A model generated the notes under the pieces. That model did no database searches. It was not told the origin of the DNA and saw only the letters and a program-made list of their open reading frames with translations. 64,000 nt of DNA from Methanothermococcus sp. Ax23 (GTDB lineage: Archaea; AGJL01; Methanococci; Methanococcales; Methanococcaceae): contig NZ_CP157522.1 of assembly GCF_049075655.1 (NCBI RefSeq), forward strand, positions 416,001 to 480,000. The letters run 5' to 3'. Position numbers and translations under genes: made by a program. Shown in pieces: positions 10,923-21,629 of this stretch. The number at the start of each line of letters is the position of its first letter. Position 1 is the stretch's first letter.

Positions 10923-11741
10923 TTATATATCTAGGTTCTTTAAAACTTCTGGAATAACATTTATAATTTCTTCAATCTGCGTTCTTGGAGTAGCATTTAA
11001 ATATTCTCCCAAATGCCTGTTTATTTTAGAACCTAATACGCAAGCTTCTTCTGTTTTATATCCGCAGTATGTGAGGGAAGATACAAGACCTGTAAGGGTA
11101 TCTCCTGTTCCCCCAATGCACTCCATAGCTTCAATTTTTGGACTATTTATGGTATCCAAAATAATTCCATTTTTAACAATATAATCGGTTTCTCCCTTAA
11201 CAAGTAGATATTCTGGCATGTTGTTTTTATACGCCATTTCTATAAGCTTTGGAACTTCTGTATTGTCAATTTCAGATATAAACCCCCTTACATACGCAGG
11301 ATGCGAGCTCTTCTCATCTGCTAAAAAGGCGAGCTCCCCTACATCTGGAAGGAATAAATGAAACTTATTTCCAATACCTGCCGCCTTACCAGCATACATT
11401 CCGCCAGCATCTGCTATTATTTTTGGAGAAAAATCAATTTCTTTAATGCAGGATATTTTTGGTTTTATATAATGGATTACAAGTAAATCATCGTCAATAT
11501 TTTTCAATTCTTCGTAAATTTTCAAACTTCCGCTTCCATCCCCAATATCTCCCGCAGTTATTACAGTGGGAGCTCCCTTATTAAAATATTCAAGTGTTTT
11601 AACTACTGCACCAATCAGAGCTCCTGTTCCCATGGATACTGGAAACTCCTTATTATTTACAATTAATTTACTGCCTTTTAATTCTGCCCTTCCTTTTGTC
11701 AGTTCCAATCCTTCAATGGGCATTGTTCCAGCTATTATCAT
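10923..11741 (-). CDS. ribokinase-fold (YjeF-C/ThiM-like) carbohydrate kinase family protein
   Basis: IADAGG, LVKGETD and C-terminal GGTGDTLTG anion-hole motif; overlaps the upstream gene by ATGA. Confidence 0.7.
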   Translation of the reverse strand: MIIAGTMPIEGLELTKGRAELKGSKLIVNNKEFPVSMGTGALIGAVVKTLEYFNKGAPTVITAGDIGDGSGSLKIYEELKNIDDDLLVIHYIKPKISCIKEIDFSPKIIADAGGMYAGKAAGIGNKFHLFLPDVGELAFLADEKSSHPAYVRGFISEIDNTEVPKLIEMAYKNNMPEYLLVKGETDYIVKNGIILDTINSPKIEAMECIGGTGDTLTGLVSSLTYCGYKTEEACVLGSKINRHLGEYLNATPRTQIEEIINVIPEVLKNLDI

Positions 11742-12301
11742 TTTTCCACCGCCAATTCTTTTGCCTTTTCAAATGCCTTGTTTAGTGTGTATGCACATAA
11801 TGTGTATCCCAATGTTTTTGGAGATTCCTCTTCCTTTATATCTTTAATATTTCTACCCCTCATTTTTAATGTGAGGTATGGAACATCAGGACATCCGCCG
11901 CCGGAGATATTTAAAATATTCCCTTCTTTATCTATTGTTATTTTCATATTTCCGCATCTAACCATTAAATAATCATCATCTAGCTTTTTTATCTTTACCA
12001 GTTCAAGTGGCTTTAATGAATAGTCGTTTAATGATATAAATTTTAAAGGTTCTATATTGTTTTCCCTTAACTCTCGTTTAATGCCCGTTTCTTCAACCAA
12101 ATCATATTCAATTGCCAAATCACAACCTTCTCTAATTTCGGGAGGAGGAGCTACAACGGAAATATTATAATTTTTAAGAATTTTTTCTGATTTCATGGCA
12201 TCTTTAACATTTTTAAATATGATTAGCCCATTTTTATCCATTTTTTCATTTTCTGCTTTATCATCTTTTTTAAAAATAGAAGCTATTTTTTTAAAAACCA
12301 T
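11738..12301 (-). CDS. DUF3343-domain protein with Cys-containing C-terminal extension
   Basis: IIFKNVKDAMKSEKIL..VVAPPPEIREGCDLA, followed by SGGGCPDVP and TLCAY. Confidence 0.65.
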   Translation of the reverse strand: MVFKKIASIFKKDDKAENEKMDKNGLIIFKNVKDAMKSEKILKNYNISVVAPPPEIREGCDLAIEYDLVEETGIKRELRENNIEPLKFISLNDYSLKPLELVKIKKLDDDYLMVRCGNMKITIDKEGNILNISGGGCPDVPYLTLKMRGRNIKDIKEEESPKTLGYTLCAYTLNKAFEKAKELAVEK

Positions 12302-12402
12302 GGTTTCACCATTAATTAAACAATAGAAAAGAAATGCAAGATTAGACCACAAATTTGTATAAATAATAACACCAGAATAAAATAGAATGTAAATAATATA
12401 GT

Positions 12403-12876
12403 TTATAAAAGTATTGCTTTAACTAATGGTGCAACATACATATGGAATATGACTGCCCCAACTGCAAGACCTAATACATATGTGATAGCAGTTTTATTCC
12501 CCTCAGCTGCCATAACATAGTTTCTTAATGGACATCCCCCTTGAATCACTGACAAGAATCCCACTCCAAATCCTCCAACACATGCCAATATTAAATGACC
12601 CACTACTGTTCCACTAGCTCCGAGAGGATCCCCCGGAATTGGAGTTAATAATCCTTTTTCTAACATCCACGGAAATGCTGAAATATGCCCCATAGCACTA
12701 AAAATGGCATATCCAATAAATGCACCAGCAATGGTCCCCAATAATCCTTTTAATAAATAGCTATCTTTTATGAGATAAAAATCCCTCATTCCACCAACAA
12801 AACACATTCTTGACCTTTGGAATAAGTAGCCCAACGCTATACCAAACAGCAATGTTCCTATTGCATGAATATACAT
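12403..12876 (-). CDS. YeeE/YedE sulfur/selenium transporter, C-terminal half
   Basis: QRSRMCFVGGMRD and GGCPLR motifs, multiple TM helices. Confidence 0.82.
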   Translation of the reverse strand: MYIHAIGTLLFGIALGYLFQRSRMCFVGGMRDFYLIKDSYLLKGLLGTIAGAFIGYAIFSAMGHISAFPWMLEKGLLTPIPGDPLGASGTVVGHLILACVGGFGVGFLSVIQGGCPLRNYVMAAEGNKTAITYVLGLAVGAVIFHMYVAPLVKAILL

Positions 12877-12911
12877 AAAATCACCTTCTTTTAACTAAAT
12901 ATTGTCGTTAT

Positions 12912-13409
12912 TTATACATTCTTCTTTAAATAAACTTCACTAGCCACTATAACTCCGATAAACATGGCCACTAAACTTATAAGTGCTATAATATCTCCGT
13001 AGGCAGTCCTAAGGGATTCCCTAACTGGACAACCACCCATTAATAGGGCAAATATAATCACTAAAACACCGAGAACAAAACCTAATATCGGACTGTGAGT
13101 TTGCTTTAATTTAAATTCCTTGTGAGCATTTGAAGCAATAAATGCACCTACGAATATACCAACAACAGTTAAAACAGGAGCATAATTTGAAGCGACTATT
13201 CCAGTAGCAGCGTCTTTAAACACAGGAGCCACAAACAATTTAGTATCGAATATGCCTATTTTATTTACTATCCAATTTACTAAATCTCTTGTATGGCAGG
13301 CTATACAAATACCATATGCAGGTGGTGCGGTTATCTTAAAAAACGCCTGCAATATTGCCGCAGAAAATCCCGCAGCTAAACCCGCCATCAATGGAGTTAT
13401 TTTTTTCAT
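12912..13409 (-). CDS. YeeE/YedE sulfur/selenium transporter, N-terminal half
   Basis: AYGICIACHTRD and GGCPVR motifs, TM helices; GGTGA RBS before ATG 13409. Confidence 0.82.
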   Translation of the reverse strand: MKKITPLMAGLAAGFSAAILQAFFKITAPPAYGICIACHTRDLVNWIVNKIGIFDTKLFVAPVFKDAATGIVASNYAPVLTVVGIFVGAFIASNAHKEFKLKQTHSPILGFVLGVLVIIFALLMGGCPVRESLRTAYGDIIALISLVAMFIGVIVASEVYLKKNV

Positions 13410-13622
13410 ACTTTCACCCATTAGATATTTTAATAACAATTTTATGGAATCTACACTTGTTTTTAGTATGTTTCATAATATATATATCTTACTTTTTAAA
13501 AAATTTAATAATAATAGTGGTTATTAGGTAATTTAATATAAAAAAACCATATATAATAATAAAAATTTTATATAATCAAATGAAAAAAGAAAAACACCAT
13601 ATAACAATACATGGGGGGCATT

Positions 13623-14225
13623 ATGAAACTTACAGAGAAAAGAATTGTATATCTTTGTTTTACAGCAGTTTTGATGGGGGTTGCATTTTTACATTTTTAT
13701 GAGCTCACACCAAAAACCAAAAAGATAGCGGATATTAACGAAGGGGATTATGTCAAGATTACGGGGATTATTCAGGACATGAAGGTAATAAAAGATGATT
13801 ACGGATATATCCAAAAAATTAAATATATCAAAATAAGGGATGATTCCGGGGGAGATTTAAGGATATATGCATTTAAAGAAATAAATGAGGATTTAACTAA
13901 TTATATCAAAAGCACAAATCCTACAATCAAAAAAGGGGATGTTGTTGAAGTAATTGGGACTATTAAAGTATATAATGGATTTTATGAGATAATTTTGGAT
14001 GATATATCCAATTTTAAATTAATTGAAAAGAAAAATTTTAAGAGAGACATATATTTATCTCCAACCCCAACTAATATTTATGCTTCAAAATATGGAAAAA
14101 CATACCATACAACTCAAAATTGTCCGTATGGAAACAAAATAAAGGAAGATAACAGAATTTATTTCTATTCTGAGGAGGATGCAAAAGAACTAGGTTATAA
14201 AAAATGTAAATGGTGTGGGGAATGA
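13623..14225 (+). CDS. membrane-anchored OB-fold protein with C-terminal Ada-like metal-binding motif
   Basis: N-terminal TM, OB-fold (VKITGII..GDVVEVIG..YNGFYEI), YH..C..GYKKCKWC. Confidence 0.65.
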   Translation: MKLTEKRIVYLCFTAVLMGVAFLHFYELTPKTKKIADINEGDYVKITGIIQDMKVIKDDYGYIQKIKYIKIRDDSGGDLRIYAFKEINEDLTNYIKSTNPTIKKGDVVEVIGTIKVYNGFYEIILDDISNFKLIEKKNFKRDIYLSPTPTNIYASKYGKTYHTTQNCPYGNKIKEDNRIYFYSEEDAKELGYKKCKWCGE

Positions 14226-15430
14226 ATCAGATGTTCAATATATTTAATTTATTTTTTTTATTTTTAGGATGTATTTGTGGAACTTTTACAGGATTACTTC
14301 CGGGAATTCATCCAAATACTCTCATACCAATTTCGTTCTTAATACTTCCATATATCGGTTCTCAAAATTATGTATGTTTTTTAATAGGCATGGTAATTAC
14401 TCATTATTTTATAAATTATATACCTTCGGCATTCATTGGTGTTCCAGACGATGAAACTGCTGTCTCTGTCCTTCCATTGCACAACCTAACCTTAAAAGGA
14501 TATGGATATGAAGGAGTAATATTATGCGGATTTGGTGGATTTGTTGGAATAATTATTTCATTGTTTGTATTGTTTTTATTATACTCTATAAACTTAGATT
14601 TACATGGAGCATACCAATCATTTAAGCCATTTATTCCTTATGTGTTAATTTCATTGTTATTTATCACAGTCATCTTTTCAAAAAACAGATTTTGGAGTAT
14701 TGTTATTATAATTTTATCGGGTTTTTTCGGTATTGAAGCACTGTATAATCATCCGTCTATTAATAATATATTAACTGCAATATTTACAGGGATGTTCGGG
14801 ATTCCCCTATTGTTGGAGAATTTAAAAACAGATAAAATAAATCATCAAATCATCACATTTCCTGATTTAAATCTGTCCATTTTAAAGTCCGCTTTTGCTG
14901 GAACCATTGGTGGATTTATAAGAATATTTTTACCTGCCATTGGCGGAGCTCAGATAAATTTCTTTTTAAGCAAACTCATAAGGGAGGACAATATAAAAAA
15001 TTTCTTAGTGTCTCAGGGAGCAATTACACTTTCAAACGAGGTTTTTTCCATTCTTGCCCTTTTATTAATTGGATACGGAAGAAGCGGAACAGCTGTGGCA
15101 ATAAAAAATCTATCAATTGATTTAAATTTTAATATTATTGTTTATATGCTAATAGTGACTGGGTTAGGATACGCCATTTTGTGCTTTATCTCAAAATATT
15201 TTTTAAGGTATATGTCATATATTAACTATGGAAAAATTTCATTTTATTTAATCCTATTCTGTAGTGCCGTTGTTTTTATATTAGGGTATTTTTCAAATTA
15301 TTTATTTTACTACCTTGTAGTATATGTCGTATCAGCGTGTTTGGGAATATTATGTGTAAAATCTAGGGTAAATATGTCCTACATGATGAGTGTTCTTGTG
15401 TTTCCAACAGTTTTATATTATATTAGTTAA
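14222..15430 (+). CDS. TctA/DUF112-family tripartite tricarboxylate transporter-like membrane protein
   Basis: GTFTGLLPGIHPN, IPSAFIGVPD..VLPLH, GRSG motifs; about 11 TM segments. Confidence 0.8.
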   Translation: MNQMFNIFNLFFLFLGCICGTFTGLLPGIHPNTLIPISFLILPYIGSQNYVCFLIGMVITHYFINYIPSAFIGVPDDETAVSVLPLHNLTLKGYGYEGVILCGFGGFVGIIISLFVLFLLYSINLDLHGAYQSFKPFIPYVLISLLFITVIFSKNRFWSIVIIILSGFFGIEALYNHPSINNILTAIFTGMFGIPLLLENLKTDKINHQIITFPDLNLSILKSAFAGTIGGFIRIFLPAIGGAQINFFLSKLIREDNIKNFLVSQGAITLSNEVFSILALLLIGYGRSGTAVAIKNLSIDLNFNIIVYMLIVTGLGYAILCFISKYFLRYMSYINYGKISFYLILFCSAVVFILGYFSNYLFYYLVVYVVSACLGILCVKSRVNMSYMMSVLVFPTVLYYIS

Positions 15431-15439
15431 TATTAGGAT

Positions 15440-16820
15440 CTGACATACTCCCACGACTGAAGTCGTGGGGTTCTTTAGCAGGGTCTAACCCTACATGGGT
15501 TGCCAAGCCCACTACCCCTATCTCCGTTTAGGAGATTCAGGGCTACGCTACATGAAAATACTTTTTTTAAAATATTCAAAGCCCCGTTAATATCAGCATT
15601 CAACACAATCCCGCAATTACTGCATACATATAAACCCCTATACTTCCTATTACTCTTTTTAACCACACCACAATTACTACAAGTTTGAGAAGTATAAGAT
15701 TCATTAACCTGTTCTACTGTTAATCCCCTTTCCTCTGCTTTATACTGTATCATACTTACTAACCTACCAAAAGGTATCTTGTGTATTTTCTCGTTGTTCT
15801 TTCTACCAATATCAATACTTGAAATGCCCTTGTTTAACTCACCAATGACAACCCTTGAAACTTTGTTATCCACTGCAAAATCGATAATCATCTTACTGAC
15901 CTTATGAAGATAATCCTTAGTGTAGTTTTTCTCCTTTACTGTTAAGTGTGATAATCTTTTGTTATTCTTTAACTCCTGTTTTGTTAGTGCAGACTGTATT
16001 TTCCCCTTTGTTTTAGCAAACCATCGGAATTTAGAAATTAATCTCCTTCCATCGTAGATTACTGCACTGCCCGTGTTAGTTACTGCGGTCGCTAAATTCT
16101 TAATTCCTAAATCAATGCTCAGTATATTGCTTTCTTTAACTGGTTTTTGAATTACTGGTTTCTTATATATTAAATGAAGCATATAATAAGTTATACCATA
16201 GATTTTATGTGGAACTATTTCAACTTCTTTAACCTGCATGGTATCAAGCGGTAGAGTTTTCGATAACTCTACCCATAAGTACTTGGACTTGATACCATGC
16301 TTCTCTTTGAGATAGTTTTTAGTTTGTTTAGATAATGATAACCTTAACTTATTGCCTATGATTTTGAAACCTTGCTTCTTCCATTTTACTGGAAAATGCC
16401 CGTCTTTTGGTTGGTATCGTGGTCTTTTAGTGTGCTGTTTGAAAAAGTTATCCCATGCTATTGTGAGTCTTTGGCATACTGCCTGTGCTGACTGTGAGTG
16501 CAGGTTTTTAAACCAGAAGTTGTTCTTCATTTGAACATCTATTTTATTTGGTTTAATATTTCGTTGTATTACTTTATAATTGGATGTATTCCAGAGTTTT
16601 GATGCTGAGTAGGTTAAATGGTTTATGATTGTTAATTGTTCATTGGTTAGTTTTCTTGTTAGGTTTATTGTCAGCACTCTGGTTACTTGCATGGAATTCA
16701 CCAAATTTATATATGCCATTATTCTAATTACACTCATATATTATGTAGTTGAGCATATAAAAAAATGATGTCCGCCTATCATCCAACGATTAAAATCGTT
16801 GGCTTTCTCGGCGGTTTATC
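15440..16820 (-). mobile_element. IS200/IS605-family (IS1341-type) solo tnpB element
   Basis: Left end after TTAC (16824-16821) with hairpin CCAACGAT-TAAA-ATCGTTGG; right-end hairpin CCCACGAC-TGAA-GTCGTGGG followed by ...GTCAG; no tnpA. Confidence 0.82.
15475..16692 (-). CDS. tnpB: RNA-guided endonuclease TnpB (appears intact)
   Basis: RuvC motifs SIDLG / VIGEL / NADING, zinc finger CSNC..CSNC, NESYTSQ; GGTGA RBS before ATG 16692. Confidence 0.92.
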   Translation of the reverse strand: MQVTRVLTINLTRKLTNEQLTIINHLTYSASKLWNTSNYKVIQRNIKPNKIDVQMKNNFWFKNLHSQSAQAVCQRLTIAWDNFFKQHTKRPRYQPKDGHFPVKWKKQGFKIIGNKLRLSLSKQTKNYLKEKHGIKSKYLWVELSKTLPLDTMQVKEVEIVPHKIYGITYYMLHLIYKKPVIQKPVKESNILSIDLGIKNLATAVTNTGSAVIYDGRRLISKFRWFAKTKGKIQSALTKQELKNNKRLSHLTVKEKNYTKDYLHKVSKMIIDFAVDNKVSRVVIGELNKGISSIDIGRKNNEKIHKIPFGRLVSMIQYKAEERGLTVEQVNESYTSQTCSNCGVVKKSNRKYRGLYVCSNCGIVLNADINGALNILKKVFSCSVALNLLNGDRGSGLGNPCRVRPC

Positions 16821-16876
16821 GTAATTTTATTTACTTTCATATTATATCATGGTAATAATATTTAGCTGGTGAAAAT

Positions 16877-18094
16877 ATGGACTTTAAAATAATAGATAAC
16901 GGCGTAATAGCACCAAAAGGATTTAAAGCAAATGGAGTTAAAGAAGGAAAATACGGTGTGGGCTTAATATATTCAGAAAAAGACTGCATAGCAGCTGCAA
17001 CCTTTACAACAAATAAGGTTGTGGCACATCCCGTAAATCTATCAAAGGAAATTTTAAAAAATAATAGGGATAAAATAAGAGCAATTGTGGCAAACAGCGG
17101 TAATGCAAACTGCTTTACAAAAAATGGATACTACGATGCAAAGGAAATGATAAAAGAAACTGCAAAATTGCTAAATATTCCTGAAAACAGCATTTTAATA
17201 GCATCAACTGGAGTAATTGGAAGAAAGATGCCAATGGATATTATAAAAGACAGAATAAAAAATGCATACAATAGATTAACAGAAAAAAGCGATAATAACA
17301 ATACAGCAAAGGCTATAATGACGACAGACAGATTTCCAAAAACCATTGCAGTAGAATTTGAAGTGAATGGAAAAACTGTAAAAATTGGAGGAATAGCAAA
17401 AGGAGCAGGTATGATAGCACCAGATATGCTACACGCAACGATGTTATGCTTTATTACAACAGATATAAAAATAAACAATAGCGATTTAACAAAATCCATT
17501 CAAAATGCAGTAGATAAATCATTTAACAACGCTGTTGTGGATGGGGACACCAGCACAAATGATACGGTGTTTGTTCTTGCAAACGGTGAAAGTGGAGTTG
17601 AATATAAAGAATGTGCCGAGCTCTTCGATAATGCATTAACATACATATGCATAGAACTGGCAAAGATGATGGTAATGGATGGAGAGGGAAGCACCAAGCT
17701 CATGGAAGTTTGTGTAAAGGGCTGTGCATCAGAGGAAGATGCAATAAAAGCATCAAAGTCTGTTGTTAGGTCTTTGCTTGTAAAAACTGCACTTTATGGG
17801 GAGGACCCAAACTGGGGAAGAATCACAGCCGCAGTTGGATACAGCGGTGTAGAGATGGATATGGATAAAATGGATGTGTTAATTTCCGATTTTGAAAAAG
17901 AGGTTTATCTTGTTAAAGATGGTATCCCAATTGCCGACGAGGGAACAAAAGAGTTAGAGCTCGCAGAGGATATTATGAAAAATGACAAAATAAAGATAGT
18001 CGTTGATTTAAAGATTGGAAATTATGAAAACACTTCCTATGGTTGTGATTTAGGGCATGACTATGTGCAACTGAATTCAGAATATACCACATAA
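16877..18094 (+). CDS. argJ: ornithine acetyltransferase ArgJ
   Basis: NSGNANC, STGVIG, IMTTD, KGAGMIAPDMLHATML, DGDTSTND, PNWGRI, YTT C-terminus. Confidence 0.97.
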   Translation: MDFKIIDNGVIAPKGFKANGVKEGKYGVGLIYSEKDCIAAATFTTNKVVAHPVNLSKEILKNNRDKIRAIVANSGNANCFTKNGYYDAKEMIKETAKLLNIPENSILIASTGVIGRKMPMDIIKDRIKNAYNRLTEKSDNNNTAKAIMTTDRFPKTIAVEFEVNGKTVKIGGIAKGAGMIAPDMLHATMLCFITTDIKINNSDLTKSIQNAVDKSFNNAVVDGDTSTNDTVFVLANGESGVEYKECAELFDNALTYICIELAKMMVMDGEGSTKLMEVCVKGCASEEDAIKASKSVVRSLLVKTALYGEDPNWGRITAAVGYSGVEMDMDKMDVLISDFEKEVYLVKDGIPIADEGTKELELAEDIMKNDKIKIVVDLKIGNYENTSYGCDLGHDYVQLNSEYTT

Positions 18095-18256
18095 TTTATT
18101 TTTATTTATATGCTTTTTTCTATTGCTTTTATTTGTTATTTTTTAATATTTTTTTAATATATTAAATTATAGATTTGAATATTTAAAATAATATCAATTA
18201 ACTTTTTTAATAACTTACTACTATCTATTTTAAAAATATTTAACCACGGTGAATTT

Positions 18257-18916
18257 ATGATAATTTTTGGATTATTCGGTAAAACAGGATGTGGAAAAAC
18301 AGAAATTTTACAGGAATTAAAAAAATACCATCCTGTTGTAGATATTGAAGAATGTGGAAACACGAGAGGAAGCGTATTGGGTGATTTATACCACCTAAAA
18401 CAGCATTCGCAAGAGGAATTTGAAAAACTATTAAAGAAACAGCAAGAAAAAGCAGAAGAAAAGGGCTACTGCATCGTAGAATTTGAAGGACGGAAAATAG
18501 GTGGAACAGAAAAACTAAATATTCCTGAACCATTTTCCAACCTGAAATACTACAATTACAGTATAATAATAGAATGCCCCTATGAATGCCAAATACAGCG
18601 ACTTTTAAAATACTACCTTCCAAAAAACAGTATGGAAAAAGAAATTCTTATTTCAAAATTCAAAACCCTTAAAACACTTTTAACTAGGCCTGAAAAATTG
18701 GAGGCGTTGGATAATATACTAGAACTAATTGAAAAGGATGATTATTACAGTGCCGCAGTAGTTATTGAGGAAAAACTATACCGAGAACACTATATGAGGT
18801 CTATTAAAAAAGTTAAACCTGATTTAGTGATTTACAATGAAGACATGGGCAAATCCGTTGAAATAATAAACAATTTTGTCAATGAAAAATTAAAGAAATG
18901 TGGTATAATCAGATAA
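18257..18916 (+). CDS. tRNA 2-selenouridine synthase, P-loop subunit (archaeal bipartite SelU/YbbB)
   Basis: GKTGCGKT, DIEE..RGSVLG, EGRKIG motifs of the YbbB C-terminal domain; adjacent rhodanese gene. Confidence 0.82.
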   Translation: MIIFGLFGKTGCGKTEILQELKKYHPVVDIEECGNTRGSVLGDLYHLKQHSQEEFEKLLKKQQEKAEEKGYCIVEFEGRKIGGTEKLNIPEPFSNLKYYNYSIIIECPYECQIQRLLKYYLPKNSMEKEILISKFKTLKTLLTRPEKLEALDNILELIEKDDYYSAAVVIEEKLYREHYMRSIKKVKPDLVIYNEDMGKSVEIINNFVNEKLKKCGIIR

Positions 18917-18980
18917 TTTAAATAAATTAATTAAATAGATAACTCAATATAAACCATATAAATAAATTTAAAGGGATATA

Positions 18981-19634
18981 ATGGACGAAGAAATACTTTC
19001 AAGATTATTAACATTTAAAAATGATGTAATATTAGTAATACAATTAAAAGACGGAAGAAAAATGATAACTGATGGTAAAAAAATACTTGCTGGAAAAATA
19101 AGCGGAGAGCTCGCATCATTTATTTTAAATTACTCAAAAAATATTGACTCCCCAACTGTTGTAGAGTATAATGACGAGCTCCTATATTTTGAACCTATCG
19201 ACATTAAAAAATATCTGAGCTCCATAGGAAAAGAGCTTATAGATGAGCTCATCACCATTTCGGAATTTGAAGAGATGGATAAGGATAATATTATAATTGT
19301 AGATGCAAGAGCTCCGAGAGAATATGCTGAAAAAACAATTCCTAATGCCATAAATATTCCGCTGTTTTTAGACGGAGAACATGAATTAATAGGGAAAACC
19401 TATAAAAAAGAGGGAAAAGATAAAGCAATGACTCTTGCATCAGATATCATCGGAGAAGGAATAAAAAGGATAACTAAAACAGCAGTTAAACTTGATAGAA
19501 ACAAGACAGTTGTTGTATTTTGTGCAAGAGGTGGGATGAGAAGTCAGGCCATTGCCACAATCTTTAAATTATTGGGCTTTAAAGTTAAACGATTGGTCGG
19601 CGGATTTAAGAGCTATAATTTAAATAAAAGTTAA
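18981..19634 (+). CDS. tRNA 2-selenouridine synthase, rhodanese subunit
   Basis: [40 protein letters not shown]. Confidence 0.85.
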   Translation: MDEEILSRLLTFKNDVILVIQLKDGRKMITDGKKILAGKISGELASFILNYSKNIDSPTVVEYNDELLYFEPIDIKKYLSSIGKELIDELITISEFEEMDKDNIIIVDARAPREYAEKTIPNAINIPLFLDGEHELIGKTYKKEGKDKAMTLASDIIGEGIKRITKTAVKLDRNKTVVVFCARGGMRSQAIATIFKLLGFKVKRLVGGFKSYNLNKS

Positions 19635-19654
19635 TGAGAAAATAATAAATTAAA

Positions 19655-20281
19655 TTATATCTTTTTAATTTTTTCAAAAGGTATTGCTCCCTCTCTTATG
19701 AGCTCTACATTATCATCCACTATTTTAATTATTGTAGATGGAGTTTTATATTTACATGTCCCAGTATCAATTATTAAATCCACTTTTTCCTTCAATTCTT
19801 CGCTTATTTCATCAGCAGAGGTTGGAGATTCTTCCCCGCTTAAATTTGCACTTGTTGCAGTTAATGGGATTATGGATAATTCCCTTATTATTTTGCTATC
19901 TGGAATCCTTATTCCAATATAATCCTTTGAAACAATATCTGGTATTATATCTTTTTTCTTCAATATTATTGTCAGAGCTCCGGGTAAAAACTTATCAATT
20001 ATTTTTTTGGAGATGTCATTTGTATATGCATATTTTTCAATATCCTCTTTGTCCTTTAAAAATATTGAAATAGGTTTATTTGGGTCTCTTTTTTTCAATT
20101 CATAAACCTTTTTAACTGCATTTTCATCTAATGCATTTGCACATAGCCCGTAAAGAGTATCTGTCCCGCAAATGATTATTTTTCCATCTAAAATCATCTT
20201 TTTAATGCTTTCTATTTCCTTTTTAATTTTTTCATTTAACTCTTTATCCCCTTCCAAGTCATTCAATTTTACTATCTTCAT
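19655..20281 (-). CDS. L-threonylcarbamoyladenylate synthase (YrdC/Sua5)
   Basis: TDTLYGL, KKRDPNKP, PGALT, GIRIP, ATSANLSG, STII. Confidence 0.93.
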   Translation of the reverse strand: MKIVKLNDLEGDKELNEKIKKEIESIKKMILDGKIIICGTDTLYGLCANALDENAVKKVYELKKRDPNKPISIFLKDKEDIEKYAYTNDISKKIIDKFLPGALTIILKKKDIIPDIVSKDYIGIRIPDSKIIRELSIIPLTATSANLSGEESPTSADEISEELKEKVDLIIDTGTCKYKTPSTIIKIVDDNVELIREGAIPFEKIKKI

Positions 20282-20285
20282 AATA

Positions 20286-21047
20286 TCACTTAATCACAGC
20301 GTCTTTTAATGCTTCTGCACAATAACAACTTTTTTCATAGTCGTAATGTATAAAATCCTCAACTATTTTTAAAATTCTTTCTTCCATTTCCCTTATTGTA
20401 TCAAAAACCTCACTAACTGTTAATTTATGCTTGGATATGCCTGTGCAGTAGTTAGATACTGAACATAATGATGCATAACATATTCCGAGCTCCCTTGCAA
20501 GAACAACCTCGGGGTATCCAGTCATTCCAACAACATCCCCCACAGTTTTATAAAAGTTTATCTCTGCCTTTGTTTCAAACCTTGGTCCTTCTGTGCATAC
20601 ATACACCCCCTCGTTATATTCGTAGTCTCTTTTGTTCAGCATGTCCTTCAAAATATTTATCATCTCTGGACAGTAAGGCTCTGAAACATCTATATGGACT
20701 ACTACACCATCTTCTCCATCGTAAAATGTGCATTCCCTTGCCTTTGTAAATTCTATAAAATCATTTGGAACAAAAAATGTTCCCGGTTTTACATGTTCCT
20801 TCAATGAGCCAACAGAATTTATTGCCAAAATTCTATCAACACCGAGCTCCTTCAACGCGTATAAATTTGCCCGATAGTTTATCTTATGTGGTGGGGTGTT
20901 GTGTTTTAATCCATGCCTAAACAGCAAAACTGTATCATTTTCATCATCTATTAAAACCTTTGATTTTCCGTATTTTGTGTTTATTATTTTCTCTTCGCCT
21001 TTGTTTAATATGGATGATACTCCGGTTCCTCCAATTATTCCTATCAA
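20286..21047 (-). CDS. mtnP: methylthioadenosine/methylthioinosine phosphorylase
   Basis: IGIIGGTG, RHG..HNTPPHKINYRAN, EGPRFETKAE, VVGMT; SVSNY points to the inosine-type enzyme. Confidence 0.88.
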   Translation of the reverse strand: MIGIIGGTGVSSILNKGEEKIINTKYGKSKVLIDDENDTVLLFRHGLKHNTPPHKINYRANLYALKELGVDRILAINSVGSLKEHVKPGTFFVPNDFIEFTKARECTFYDGEDGVVVHIDVSEPYCPEMINILKDMLNKRDYEYNEGVYVCTEGPRFETKAEINFYKTVGDVVGMTGYPEVVLARELGICYASLCSVSNYCTGISKHKLTVSEVFDTIREMEERILKIVEDFIHYDYEKSCYCAEALKDAVIK

Positions 21048-21224
21048 AATACCACCTACTATTTTTATTTAATATAATGTAAATATATTGACATTCGTAT
21101 CTATTATTTTATTATTGACTATATTATCCATTATATCTATCAAATATGATTTATTAAACACAATTCATAAATACAAATAATATCTAATGAATTAAAGGAA
21201 TATATAATACTGGTGATGATTTAA

Positions 21225-21629
21225 ATGTTAAGTAAATTATTTGGTCGTGTAGTTTCTGGAAAAGGCGAAGGAAGATACTATATGTCCCTATTGCCTTACA
21301 AAGAAAAATTTAAAAATATTCTTGGATATGAACCTTATGAAGGCACTTTAAATATTAAATTAGGGCATGAAATAGATTTAAATCAGTTAAAACCAATAGA
21401 AGTGGATGATTTTTATTATAAAAATAATAAATACTATGGGGTTAAAATAATACCCGTAAAAATATGCACAAAAGACTATTGTGTAAAAGGTGCCATCGTA
21501 TATCCAAAAAAAACCGAACATCCCAATAATATAATAGAGATAATAGCACCTATTAAATTGAGAAAGTATTTATTTTTAAAAAACAATGATATTATTATGA
21601 TTACATTAAACGGTGAAAAAAATGAATAA
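21225..21629 (+). CDS. ribK: CTP-dependent riboflavin kinase
   Basis: [30 protein letters not shown]; position in rib cluster. Confidence 0.92.
   Translation: MLSKLFGRVVSGKGEGRYYMSLLPYKEKFKNILGYEPYEGTLNIKLGHEIDLNQLKPIEVDDFYYKNNKYYGVKIIPVKICTKDYCVKGAIVYPKKTEHPNNIIEIIAPIKLRKYLFLKNNDIIMITLNGEKNE

Noticed and set aside
10923-19634. Selenoproteins (in-frame UGA) in the Se-related genes
   Set aside because: The relevant motifs are encoded as Cys in uninterrupted ORFs; no UGA read-through extension or convincing SECIS was seen.
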